Source: Ignavibacteriales bacterium
GTDB lineage: Bacteria; Bacteroidota; Ignavibacteria; UBA10030; UBA6906
NCBI GenBank assembly: GCA_037441705.1
Contig: JBBIRR010000001.1
Span: forward strand, 288,001-352,000
DNA length: 64,000 nucleotides
Direction: 5' to 3'
In this document: in pieces, positions 44,961 to 54,744 of the stretch
Layout: each line of letters begins with the position of its first letter
How positions within the stretch are numbered: position 1 is the first letter of the stretch
The notes under the pieces: generated by a model
Databases searched by the model: none
Seen by the model: only the letters and a program-made list of their open reading frames with translations
Told to the model about the DNA's origin: nothing
Made by a program: the position numbers and the translations under genes

Positions 44961-46160
44961 ATGGCACCAGAGACTGCACCACGGAAATCGAAACTGCGTG
45001 AGTTCGGTAAGGGACTTCTTCTCACCGTTAGTTCGCTTGTCGTGTGCGTTATCATCCTGGAGATCGTTGTGCGACTGATGGAACCACGGGAAGTGATGCG
45101 GTACTTCTATTCGCAGGACGATCCGATCCTTCATCATCGCTTCAAACCGAATGCCGTGGGTTGGTACAAGACAAACGAGTTTTATACCGACTACAAAATC
45201 AATTCACTCGGATTGCGGGACAAGGAATACAGCCTCGAAAAACCCGCTGGAACGTTTCGGATTTTGATGTTGGGTGACTCCTTCACTGAAGGAGACGGGG
45301 TTTTCAGCAACGAGACGTTCTCGAAGCGATTGGAACAGAAGCTGCAGGCTCTCTCTGGCCCTGCGCACTACGAGGTCATTAACGCCGGCGTCGGCAGCTA
45401 TTCGCCGCTCCTTGAGTTCTTGTATTTGAAGAATTTCGGACTACAACTCCATCCGGACCTCGTAATTCTGAACTTCGACCTTTCGGATGTCTACGATGAT
45501 TACACATACACCGCCTTAGCGCAGTTCGATGCGAACGGCGTACCCGTGGCCGTCCGCCCCGAGCCTGAAGAACGAGGCCTGCTGCGAGGACCCGTTGCAG
45601 CCCTCAAGGATTGGTTCAAGAACAACATGCAGCTGTATAACTTCATTCGCATTCGGATCACGCCTCAGATCGAATTGATGAAGCGGGGGGAGGGGAATTT
45701 CAACGGCGACATCCGCCGCGACAAGTACGCGCTGCTGCGCGAATCCTACGTTGATAACGACAGCAACTGGGCACTCTCCCATAAGTACCTGCTGTTGATT
45801 CGCGATCTGCTGAAGGAACACGGCGTAGATTTCTGGCTCACGGTCTACCCGTACGGTCTGCAGGTTCACCCCAAGGAGTGGAAGTCCGGACGCGAGTATT
45901 GGCAGTTCAGGCAGGATACAGTCTACTCGACATGGCCGCAGGAGAAGCTGGAACGCTGGGCAACAGCCAACGGCATCAAAGCAATCAACCTGTGCCCGGA
46001 CTTTCTTGAGCGATCCAGGACCGTTTTCCCCCTGTTTCTCGACAACAACGGCCACTGGGTGGCGGCAGGTCATGAGGTGGTTGCCGATGCGTTATATCGA
46101 AATCTTCTGCCCTACCTGCACGACCGGGAAAGGCTCGCCCAGCACGATACGCTGCACTGA
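44961..46160 (+). CDS. Membrane-anchored SGNH/GDSL hydrolase family protein
   Basis: N-terminal TM helix; INSLGLRD, GDSFTEG, INAGV, DNNGHW. Confidence 0.8.
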   Translation: MAPETAPRKSKLREFGKGLLLTVSSLVVCVIILEIVVRLMEPREVMRYFYSQDDPILHHRFKPNAVGWYKTNEFYTDYKINSLGLRDKEYSLEKPAGTFRILMLGDSFTEGDGVFSNETFSKRLEQKLQALSGPAHYEVINAGVGSYSPLLEFLYLKNFGLQLHPDLVILNFDLSDVYDDYTYTALAQFDANGVPVAVRPEPEERGLLRGPVAALKDWFKNNMQLYNFIRIRITPQIELMKRGEGNFNGDIRRDKYALLRESYVDNDSNWALSHKYLLLIRDLLKEHGVDFWLTVYPYGLQVHPKEWKSGREYWQFRQDTVYSTWPQEKLERWATANGIKAINLCPDFLERSRTVFPLFLDNNGHWVAAGHEVVADALYRNLLPYLHDRERLAQHDTLH

Positions 46161-46178
46161 CGCGGCCGACGAAAAAGT

Positions 46179-46208
46179 GCGAAGCCCCGGAATCGTCCGA
46201 GGCTTCGC
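46179..46208. terminator. Hairpin between convergent genes
   Basis: GCGAAGCC/GGCTTCGC stem with an adjacent A run. Confidence 0.6.
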
Positions 46209-46236
46209 TCAGCAAACCACAATCGCACGAACGAGA

Positions 46237-47613
46237 TTACTTGCCCTCTAAGCGCCAATCAAAGCTGTGAAGCTTGTTGTGGAGCGTCTTTCTGCTGACG
46301 CCGAGTATGCGGGCCGCTTTCGCCTTGTTGTTTCCCACCGACGCAAGCGTTTCAAGAATGAGTTTCTTCTCCGCTTCCTCGACAGAGCTGCCGATGGGAA
46401 TGCTGATGTGCATGATCTCGCTCTGGGTCTTGAGAATTTTCTCCGGCAAATCGAGCACCGAGATCGACTCGCCCGGGCAAATCACGACCGCTCGCTCGAT
46501 CGCATTGCGCAGCTCACGCACGTTGCCGGGCCAATGATACGACTGCAGCATCTCGATGTACTCGGCAGTGAATCCTTTCATCTCCTTGCCATACTTCAGA
46601 CTGAAGAGACGAAGGAAGTGCATTGCAAGCGGTAGAATGTCTTGCCGCCGGGCGCGCAGCGGCGGGAGCTCCAACTCCACAACACTCAGCCGATAGTAGA
46701 GGTCCGAACGCAGGATGCCCTGATCGAGCGCGCTGGTGACTTCTCTGTTCGTCGCTGCGATGATCCGAACGTCCACGTTGATCTCGTTCCGTCCGCCGAG
46801 CCGGCGAAAGGATTGCTCCTCGATCGCTCGCAGAAGTTTCGCTTGCGTCTCCGTGCTCATCTCCCCGATCTCATCAAGGAAGAGTGTTCCGCCATCTGCC
46901 AGTTCGAAGCATCCGGGCTTTTGGTTCAGCGCGCCCGTGAATGCTCCTTTCTCATGACCGAACAACTCGTTTTCCAAAATGTCCTTCGGCAGGGCAGCGC
47001 AATTGATGGCAATGAACGGTTTTGTTGCTCGCTTGCTCTTGGCATGAAGTGCCTTTGCGACGAGTTCCTTTCCCGTGCCGCTCTCACCCCAGATGAACAC
47101 GTTGGCATCCGACGGAGCAACGGTGTTGATCGTCTGGCGGATGGCAACCATTTGCGGGCTTTCACCGACAATCTCCTCGAAGCTCGTGAGCGCCCGGTTG
47201 CGTTCCTCGGCTCGCCGCTCCGCCCTCTTCTGCTGATACAGCGCAAGCGCCTCTTCGGTGGACTGCACCAGGCGATGCAGGTCGACGGGCGCGACCAGAA
47301 CGTCGAACGCACCGCCCTTCATAAAGCGGACTGCCTCGTTCACATCAGCCCGGTCGGCCACAACAATCACCTGCGTCAACTGCTGTTTGTCAGCGAGGTG
47401 CTTCAGCAGCTGGTTGCTGGCGATGGCCGGGTGCGTAGTCGAAACGACGATCAGCCCGTACTCCATCCCCTGAATGTGATCGAGGATATTCGAAGGTTCA
47501 GGAAGAAGCGTTACGGAATAATCCATTCCGTTTGAGTGCGCCGAAAGTGATTGCGCATACGCCTCAAGGTCCTTCGTAAAAAGAATCGCCGGTCGATTCC
47601 TTTGCGTTGCCAG
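46237..47613 (-). CDS. Sigma54-dependent Fis-family activator (NtrC-like) with degenerate receiver domain
   Basis: GESGTGKE, GAFTGA, FLDEIGE, WPGNVREL, C-terminal HTH; start placed at CTG 47613 (AAGGAGG 6 nt upstream); first ATG is 47526. Confidence 0.88.
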   Translation of the reverse strand: MATQRNRPAILFTKDLEAYAQSLSAHSNGMDYSVTLLPEPSNILDHIQGMEYGLIVVSTTHPAIASNQLLKHLADKQQLTQVIVVADRADVNEAVRFMKGGAFDVLVAPVDLHRLVQSTEEALALYQQKRAERRAEERNRALTSFEEIVGESPQMVAIRQTINTVAPSDANVFIWGESGTGKELVAKALHAKSKRATKPFIAINCAALPKDILENELFGHEKGAFTGALNQKPGCFELADGGTLFLDEIGEMSTETQAKLLRAIEEQSFRRLGGRNEINVDVRIIAATNREVTSALDQGILRSDLYYRLSVVELELPPLRARRQDILPLAMHFLRLFSLKYGKEMKGFTAEYIEMLQSYHWPGNVRELRNAIERAVVICPGESISVLDLPEKILKTQSEIMHISIPIGSSVEEAEKKLILETLASVGNNKAKAARILGVSRKTLHNKLHSFDWRLEGK

Positions 47614-48025
47614 ATGAATCCTCCTTGGGGGCTATCTTTAGAGTTTATGCGACAATGACGATTCGGTCTTCCCGATGGTCGGACGGTGGTTCCGCGAGAA
47701 GGCCTCGCTGCACATTATGGGTGTCCGTGCCTTCTGTGCAGGAAGTAGTCAAATCGAGTAAAAAAGTTACACAAGGCGACACCATTATAGGCTATTCGCG
47801 AGGTTCAGAGAATGACTATAATCACAAGGAACGCCCAACCGCTAAGCAAAACCCACCGCCCGACTCATTTCGATGACAAATATTGCCAGAGAGACATTGA
47901 AAAGCAAGTAAATTGTTCTACCACCCTGCATAGTGTTTCCAATGTATGTTCCACAAGGGGCGGTTTGTGTGTCGCTAATTTTTTTTGTAATGTGGGAAGG
48001 AACAGCTCACCAGCCCAAACGACAC

Positions 48026-51000
48026 ATGGCTATTGTCCTTTCGCTGTCGGGTCAACGAAGCGGAATCCCTGACCGTATACAGCACGCAAGGTACGAGAGC
48101 TTTATCCTGATCGTTCCTACCAAACGACGCATTCGACATCTGCTTCGTGAGCTTACCTCACGGTGTGGCACCGCACTTCCGGAGTTACCCGTTTTCACGC
48201 TCGGCACCTTGGCCGCTCGTATTCTCGAGAGAGCCTTTCCCGCGAGCCGTTTGGTGGACGAGTCTATTCAAGCGCTTCTCTTCCATCAAGCCGTTCTTGA
48301 TGCACGCAGCAGCCTCGGCTATTTTCATGTTCGAGGCAGGTTTCCAGCCCTGCCGATGGGGACGCTGGAAAAAATCACCAATGTCATCCGCAATCTCAAA
48401 GAAAACGGTATCAGTCCCGCCGCGCTTCAAGATGAGCTGAGCATGGAGGATCCGGACGAGCACACAAAGCTTCGCGACATCATCACGATCTATTCCGCCT
48501 ACGAGAAGCGTCTCGAAACCATTCAGGGGTTTGACGCTGAAGGAATGTTTCAACTTCTTGCACGCGACTGTTCCGCCCAGCTCTTTCACCGGACATTCCG
48601 TGAGCTTTTCCCTCACGTCGAAGAAATCTCCATTGTGGGTTTTGATGAGTTCACGGAGCCTGAGCTTGGCTTCATTCACAAACTCTGCGCGCTCGCCATT
48701 CCCCTATCGCTCGAGTTCGATTTCGAAAGAGGCAACAGCGCGCTGTTCGGACATCTTGAACAGAACTACAACCGGTTTCTCGAATTGGGGTTCCGTCACG
48801 TTCCTTCCGTTGAGGGCAGCAATAATCACGATAGCCTTGCAGCGGGTCCTCAGCTTTCGCTGTTTCAGCACGAGCATGCAAAACCCACGCGGCACGCCAT
48901 TGTCCGACACCTTGCAGGGACATTGTTCAAGCGGAACGTGTCCGAACGACTGGATTGTACTTCTTCTATCACCATCGCGAAAGCGCACGATCGCGTGCGC
49001 GAAGTTCAGTTGATTTGTTCGTTGGTGAAGGATCACCTTTTGCGGAATCCGGGCCGAGACCCCAGCCGCATCTGCGTCGCAATGTACAGGCCGCAACTGT
49101 ACACACACATTTTGCGCGAGCAGTGTAGGAAGTACGGCATCCCGGCAAATATCACCGACCGCTACAAGCTCTCGCACGCACCGGTGATTGCTGCAATCAT
49201 CGGACTTCTGGATATCCCCGCACGTGATTACCGACGCGACGACGTTCTCCGAGCCATCGGTTCATCTTACTTCGAGTTCACACACGACGGCAAAGCGCTT
49301 GACCCGACAACTCTGGCAACGGTTTCTCTCGAGGAGCGCATTGTTGGAGGTTTGCACTCGTGGCACACGAGAATCGAGCAAAGGCTGAAGCAGCTTCGCG
49401 AAGGGATTGCCGACGATGAGCCGGAGCGCGAACGCCGCCGCCGAACTCACCGCCTGACGCAACTGCAGAAAGCACAACAGGACCTACGTTTGCTGGAAGC
49501 CCTGTTGCACGAGATTGCCGCCGAGCAGACCCCCGCAGAGTTTCGCAGGAATGTTCAACTGCTCCTTGAACGCCTCCACCTGCCCCAACGAATCGTTGCA
49601 AACGCATCACGAGGAGCTGCAGAGTTGGTGGAAAAGGATGCGCGGGCGTACGCTGCATTCCTGGAGGTCGTAGAGCACACGGCGCATCTCCTTGAGTATC
49701 AGGAAGGAAAACAGAAGAAACATCCACTTCGTTTGTACCTGGAACACCTGAAGGTTGCCGTATCGCAGGAACGCTACAACATCCGTGAGCAGCCCGGGCA
49801 GGGTGTTCTTATCACCTCCATCGAAGAAACACGTGGACTGCCGGTTGACGTGATGATTGTTGCCGGACTTGTCGATGGGGAGTTTCCTTCCGTGTACCAG
49901 TCGGAGTTGTTCTTCAGCACCAGGCGACTGAAGGAGCGCGAGCGCCGGCACCGATGGGAAAACCGCTATTTGTTCTATCAGGCAATAACGAATTGGACAG
50001 ACCACCTTTATCTCACGTTTCCTGAACAAGATGCCGATCTTGATCTGGTCCGTTCGAGCTTCATTGATGCACTGAGGGCCGTTGCTTCCGTGGACGAGTG
50101 GGAGTATCCCGAGCGTTCTCCTTTTGCCTCAACGTGCTCCTCAGAGGAGGAATTTCTTCGATACGCCGGGCAGGCAATCGCCACAGGAGCCTCGCTGCCG
50201 ACAGCGGCGCCTGCAGCACTGCACGAAAAACTTTCTGTAGCACGTCAGGCAATTGCGGTGGAGCAAAGTCGAACAGCCCGACACGACCTACCGCACTATG
50301 AAGGGCTTCTTCACTCCGCTGCTTCGGATGAAACGAGGCTGTTCCTCCAGCAGCTCAAACAGCAGGTGTATTCGATCAGTCAGCTTGAGAGCTATGCAGA
50401 ATGTCCGTATCGGTTCTTCGCGCAGCGAATTCTGGGGCTGAGTCCGCTGGAAGAACTTGAGGAAGAACTATCGCCGCTGGAACGAGGCTCTCTGCTTCAT
50501 GAGATCATGTTCGAATTCTATACCGAACGGCGTGAGCAGAAGCTCCCGCCGATTGCGGCATGCACCGATGAGGAGTTTGACGTTGCCCTGCGACGTCTGG
50601 TGGAAATTGCCAGGCGGAAACTCGAAGAGATTGATATTCCCGACGCGTTCTGGGAGCTTGACAAGGAACTGCTTCTCGGGGCAAAGGATGCAGAGAGCGG
50701 GTTATTGCACGAGTTTCTCGCCTTCGAACGCAGGCGCACAACATCACTCATCCCGCGGTATTTCGAAGTCGGCTTCGGCGCGAAACTCAGCGAGTACACG
50801 CGCGTCGATCCGACCTTCTCCACCGAGGAGCCGATTGCTGCAGGCAATGTTCTTCTGCGAGGCAAGATCGATCGCGTGGAGATGGACGACGAGACGTTCA
50901 CGGTCATTGACTACAAATCGGGTATCCGGATTCCAAAGCTGGAGGACATCCGCAAGGGGATGAGCTTGCAGCTTCCGCTTTATCTCTATACCATAGAACG

Positions 51001-51334
51001 GCTCTTGCACGGCAGCCGGGTGCCCGCGGGCGGTGCGTATTATCTCTTGCGGCGACCCGTGAGTTTGAAGTCCGGCCTCGTCCGCAAGGACGCACAAGAT
51101 GCCTTCGGCGTGAGCGCGCGTGGTGGCAACGTGGTTCCGGACGAGAATGGTCTGCGAGAGCTGATTGACGATGCAATCGGCCATGTCAATCGCTATGTCG
51201 AGGCAATGGCAGAAGGGAAATTCCCTCTCACCGCTGCGGAGAACATCGACCAGGTGTGCACCTACTGTGACTTCAAGAAGATCTGTCGGATTCAAACGGT
51301 CCATCATCTTACATCCCCAACGGAGGAATCATGA
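48026..51334 (+). CDS. addB: AddB/RexB-like helicase-nuclease subunit (PD-(D/E)XK nuclease with Fe-S cysteines)
   Basis: SISQLESYAECPYRFF, RGKIDRVE, VIDYKSG, LQLPLY, CTYCDFKKIC; degenerate helicase-like N-terminus. Confidence 0.85.
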   Translation: MAIVLSLSGQRSGIPDRIQHARYESFILIVPTKRRIRHLLRELTSRCGTALPELPVFTLGTLAARILERAFPASRLVDESIQALLFHQAVLDARSSLGYFHVRGRFPALPMGTLEKITNVIRNLKENGISPAALQDELSMEDPDEHTKLRDIITIYSAYEKRLETIQGFDAEGMFQLLARDCSAQLFHRTFRELFPHVEEISIVGFDEFTEPELGFIHKLCALAIPLSLEFDFERGNSALFGHLEQNYNRFLELGFRHVPSVEGSNNHDSLAAGPQLSLFQHEHAKPTRHAIVRHLAGTLFKRNVSERLDCTSSITIAKAHDRVREVQLICSLVKDHLLRNPGRDPSRICVAMYRPQLYTHILREQCRKYGIPANITDRYKLSHAPVIAAIIGLLDIPARDYRRDDVLRAIGSSYFEFTHDGKALDPTTLATVSLEERIVGGLHSWHTRIEQRLKQLREGIADDEPERERRRRTHRLTQLQKAQQDLRLLEALLHEIAAEQTPAEFRRNVQLLLERLHLPQRIVANASRGAAELVEKDARAYAAFLEVVEHTAHLLEYQEGKQKKHPLRLYLEHLKVAVSQERYNIREQPGQGVLITSIEETRGLPVDVMIVAGLVDGEFPSVYQSELFFSTRRLKERERRHRWENRYLFYQAITNWTDHLYLTFPEQDADLDLVRSSFIDALRAVASVDEWEYPERSPFASTCSSEEEFLRYAGQAIATGASLPTAAPAALHEKLSVARQAIAVEQSRTARHDLPHYEGLLHSAASDETRLFLQQLKQQVYSISQLESYAECPYRFFAQRILGLSPLEELEEELSPLERGSLLHEIMFEFYTERREQKLPPIAACTDEEFDVALRRLVEIARRKLEEIDIPDAFWELDKELLLGAKDAESGLLHEFLAFERRRTTSLIPRYFEVGFGAKLSEYTRVDPTFSTEEPIAAGNVLLRGKIDRVEMDDETFTVIDYKSGIRIPKLEDIRKGMSLQLPLYLYTIERLLHGSRVPAGGAYYLLRRPVSLKSGLVRKDAQDAFGVSARGGNVVPDENGLRELIDDAIGHVNRYVEAMAEGKFPLTAAENIDQVCTYCDFKKICRIQTVHHLTSPTEES

Positions 51335-51558
51335 CACATCCAGAACAGAAAGCGATCATCCGGGAGTTGAGAGACTACGAAAGCAAGATGACACGGGACG
51401 AGCAGGAAGATTATCGGATGTACGTCAAGCGCGACAAAGACGATGAAGACCTTGACGAGCTATCGAAGAAGAAGCTCATGGCGATGTACGAGAAGTATGT
51501 CGTGAACCGACCTCGCAAGGTCGTCACATCGCCGTTTGGCGATACATACAAACAATAA
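51331..51558 (+). CDS. Small charged hypothetical protein
   Basis: GGAGG SD; ATGA overlap with the addB stop; 75 aa helical. Confidence 0.65.
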   Translation: MTHPEQKAIIRELRDYESKMTRDEQEDYRMYVKRDKDDEDLDELSKKKLMAMYEKYVVNRPRKVVTSPFGDTYKQ

Positions 51559-51591
51559 TTCTCTGACTGCGCGAATACAAAGGACCACAGC

Positions 51592-52617
51592 ATGAAAGCA
51601 GCATTCGTCACAAAATATGGAGGACCTGAAGTACTGGAGATTCGCGAGACTGCCATCCCACGACCGCAGCCGGACCAGATACTGGTCAAAGTTCGGGCTA
51701 TTGGACTGAACTTTGCCGATGTTATGGGCCGATTTGGCGTGTATCCCGGAACGCCCCAGCCGCCGTTCATCCTCGGGTTGGAATTTTCGGGAGATGTTGT
51801 GGAAGTGGGCTCCGCGGTTACACTGTTCAAAGGCGGCGAACGCGTGATGGGCTACAGCAGGCACGGCAGTCATGCCGAATACGTATGCGTGAGCGAAAAG
51901 TTTGCCACCGAACTGCCTCCCGCGATGAGCTACGAAGAAGGGGCCTCGTTCCTTGTCGTCTATCTCACCGCGTACCACGGTATCGTTCGTCTTGCCAACA
52001 TCCGTTCAGGCGAGAAACTGCTCGTGCATGCAGCGGCCGGCGGCGCGGGCCTGGCAACCGTACAACTCGGCAAACACCTCGGCGCGGAAATCTTCGGAAC
52101 CGCCGGCTCGGAGCAGAAAGTCGAGCTGGCGCGCAAGCACGGCGCGCATCATGTGATCAACTACAATACCCACGACTTTGCCGACGAGATTCGCCGCATC
52201 ACCAACAACTACGGCGTTGATGTTGTGATGGATGCTGTCGGCGGACTCGTGTACGACAAGAGCTGGAACTTGCTGGCACCCATGGGACGCTACATCCTCT
52301 ACGGACTTGCTGCCGTAGCCGGGAAAGGTGCGTTGAACAAACTCAAAGCCGCCACCGTCATGTCCGTCATGAAACCGATTTTCCCCCCTCAACTCATGAG
52401 CGCCAACAAGGGTATTCTCGGGTTCAACCTGGGCACGCTCAAGGGAAAGGAAGCATACTTCAAAGAGGCGACTCTCGAGCTGCTCAAGCTCTACGATCTT
52501 GGCGTCCTGAAGCCCCTCATCTGGAAGGTCTTCCCCTTTCATGACATTGTCGAGGCACACAGGGCGCTCCAGACGCGCCAATCCGTCGGCAAGGTTGTAG
52601 TGATGGTTGGGACGTGA
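51592..52617 (+). CDS. NADPH:quinone oxidoreductase (zinc-independent MDR family)
   Basis: YGGPEVL, GLNFAD, HAAAGGAG, GKVVV. Confidence 0.9.
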   Translation: MKAAFVTKYGGPEVLEIRETAIPRPQPDQILVKVRAIGLNFADVMGRFGVYPGTPQPPFILGLEFSGDVVEVGSAVTLFKGGERVMGYSRHGSHAEYVCVSEKFATELPPAMSYEEGASFLVVYLTAYHGIVRLANIRSGEKLLVHAAAGGAGLATVQLGKHLGAEIFGTAGSEQKVELARKHGAHHVINYNTHDFADEIRRITNNYGVDVVMDAVGGLVYDKSWNLLAPMGRYILYGLAAVAGKGALNKLKAATVMSVMKPIFPPQLMSANKGILGFNLGTLKGKEAYFKEATLELLKLYDLGVLKPLIWKVFPFHDIVEAHRALQTRQSVGKVVVMVGT

Positions 52618-53219
52618 CGATGAACGATGTCGATTCTCGAGAGTTCTGGGAAGCTCGCTATCGTACCAACCAGACAGGGTGGGATATGGGCGAGCCGACG
52701 CCGGCTTTCGTTGACCTGCTGCAGAGCAGAACGTTCGAGCCGGGAAAGACACTTGTGCTCGGCTGCGGCAAAGGATACGATGCGGTGTTGTTTGCACAGC
52801 ACGGGTTTACCGTCACGGCAATTGATTTTTCTCCTGCAGCCATCGCCGCCACGCGAGAGCTGGCGCAGAGAAAGGGCGTAGCGATCGAACTCGTGGAGGA
52901 GGATCTGTTCGATTATTCTCTTGGTGTGATCGAGGAATTCGACTACATCGTCGAATACGTTACCTTTTGTGCGATCGACCCGATGCGCCGCGCGGAGTTT
53001 GCTTCGGCCGTATCCTCGATGCTCAAGCACAACGGGGAACTGTTCGCGTTGTTTTTTCCTTTGGAGAATCGGCCGGGCGGCCCGCCGTACGCAGTGGCGA
53101 TGGATGAAGTGGTCCGATTGTTTGGCCGGACCCTGGAGTTGGTTTCCATCGAACCCCCCGCACGCTCGTTCCCATCCCGCAAGGGAAAAGAGATGATGAC
53201 CGTGTGGAGAAAACCATAG
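52614..53219 (+). CDS. Thiopurine S-methyltransferase-like SAM-dependent methyltransferase
   Basis: FWEARY..WDMG, LGCGKG, FCAIDP, GGPPY. Confidence 0.88.
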   Translation: MTMNDVDSREFWEARYRTNQTGWDMGEPTPAFVDLLQSRTFEPGKTLVLGCGKGYDAVLFAQHGFTVTAIDFSPAAIAATRELAQRKGVAIELVEEDLFDYSLGVIEEFDYIVEYVTFCAIDPMRRAEFASAVSSMLKHNGELFALFFPLENRPGGPPYAVAMDEVVRLFGRTLELVSIEPPARSFPSRKGKEMMTVWRKP

Positions 53220-53255
53220 GCTTGGAGGAAGAGGCACGCGTGTGCAAGAAGCCCG

Positions 53256-53900
53256 ATGACGCACCACAGCAATCATCAACAGAGGCTCGATCCTGATTTT
53301 CTGCTCGTTGCTTATTGCAACGGATATTTTCCGATGGCGACGCACCGTACCGGTCGCATCGAATGGTTCTCGCCCGATCCGCGTGCAATCATTCCTCTCG
53401 ATGGGCTGCGCGTGTCACGCAGTTTGAGACGAACGCTGAAGAGGAATCTCTTCACGATTCGCATCAATTCAGCGTTTGAGCGCGTGATGCGGGCGTGTGC
53501 CGATCGTGCGGAGACGTGGATTTCTGAAGAAATCATTTCGGCCTACACCGCGCTGCACGAACGCGGGTTTGCCCACAGCGTGGAAACGTGGCATGGCGCG
53601 CAGTTGGTTGGCGGATTGTATGGCGTAGCTATCGGTGGGGCGTTCTTCGGCGAATCGATGTTCTCACGCATGGCCGATGCTTCGAAAGTCGCGCTTGTTC
53701 ATCTCGTCGAGCGTTTGAGACAGCGCGGTTTTCTTCTGCTTGATACGCAGTACATCACCGAGCATCTGCGGCGGCTTGGCGCAATCGAGGTGTCGCGCAG
53801 CAGGTATCTCCGATTACTTTCCAAAGCCATCGCCGTCAACACCTCGTTTCTCGATCAAGCCGACGGCGGTCCCGTTGCTCGAACGGATGTGCAAACATAG
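53256..53900 (+). CDS. aat: Leucyl/phenylalanyl-tRNA-protein transferase
   Basis: AYCNGYFPM, WFSPDPR, LVGGLYGV, FFGESMF, ASKVAL, DTQ. Confidence 0.96.
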   Translation: MTHHSNHQQRLDPDFLLVAYCNGYFPMATHRTGRIEWFSPDPRAIIPLDGLRVSRSLRRTLKRNLFTIRINSAFERVMRACADRAETWISEEIISAYTALHERGFAHSVETWHGAQLVGGLYGVAIGGAFFGESMFSRMADASKVALVHLVERLRQRGFLLLDTQYITEHLRRLGAIEVSRSRYLRLLSKAIAVNTSFLDQADGGPVARTDVQT

Positions 53901-54135
53901 TTGGGACATGTTCCGCCGCACCGTCGTGAAGAACTCCAGAGAATCAGTGAGGCGGCTTACGCCGTCGGAGGTGTTCACGGCGTATATTCCACTCGCACCA
54001 TCAACGTGTGTCGTCTGCTGGACTTCTTGCGCGGTAAGGTGTTTTAGAGCAAGCCATTTGTCACACGCCGTCAAGGTTCAGAGCTGCTAAATGTGCCGTA
54101 GGGCGGATTTCGCAGTTTCTTGTGAGTTCGTTGAG

Positions 54136-54164
54136 TTGACACCGTTGAAATTTGTCCCTATATT
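54136..54164 (+). promoter_or_regulatory. Sigma70-type promoter
   Basis: TTGACA-N17-TATATT, the same hexamers as the groES and aceA promoters. Confidence 0.7.
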
Positions 54165-54235
54165 GCAATCGACACTCGACACCAGCCTGTCGAGCCGGCG
54201 TATGCACTTATCACGCTACATTGGAGATAGCTTAC

Positions 54236-54637
54236 ATGATTCCCTCACGTGGCACGCAGAAATTCGAGCGAGTTACCATTACGCTCGTTCCCACGGCGGA
54301 TGAGCGCAGCTTCCGCCACATTCCCTCGACCTTCAGTAAGACCAACCGCACCTACGGGTGGCGTCACTTTGAGCAAATGGATTACATGATCGTACCCAAA
54401 AAGATCTCCAGCAACGAAATCAAAGTGGATATCTTTGTCGACCCGCAGAACAAGAAGAGACTTCAGCCCTTCGACATCCAGAAGGCCGTCATGGATTTCG
54501 TCAAGAGCAAGATCCATTCGGAGTGGGCGGGCTTGAAACTGGGAAGCATCAGCCGCGCAACTGTCGCGTCGCCGCCCGATCAAACGTTCCATCGCGGAAC
54601 CATTGAAGAAATTCTCGGGGCCCACCTGGAAAGCTAA
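54236..54637 (+). CDS. Hypothetical protein (133 aa)
   Basis: GGAG SD before ATG 54236; flanked by its own promoter and terminator. Confidence 0.7.
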   Translation: MIPSRGTQKFERVTITLVPTADERSFRHIPSTFSKTNRTYGWRHFEQMDYMIVPKKISSNEIKVDIFVDPQNKKRLQPFDIQKAVMDFVKSKIHSEWAGLKLGSISRATVASPPDQTFHRGTIEEILGAHLES

Positions 54638-54660
54638 TCCACCCCCGACTGCGAACTACG

Positions 54661-54702
54661 AAATGCACTAATGTTGTTTTCGTTAGTGCATTTTTGTTTT
54701 TT
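54661..54702 (+). terminator. Intrinsic terminator
   Basis: AAATGCACTAA/TTAGTGCATTT stem then a T-rich tract. Confidence 0.75.
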
Positions 54703-54744
54703 GTGATGGACAGGGAATTCACCCACTACGGAAGGAGAACGAAG

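Noticed and set aside
53814-54074. 86-aa minus-strand ORF after aat
   Set aside because: Overlaps aat; no SD or recognisable motif
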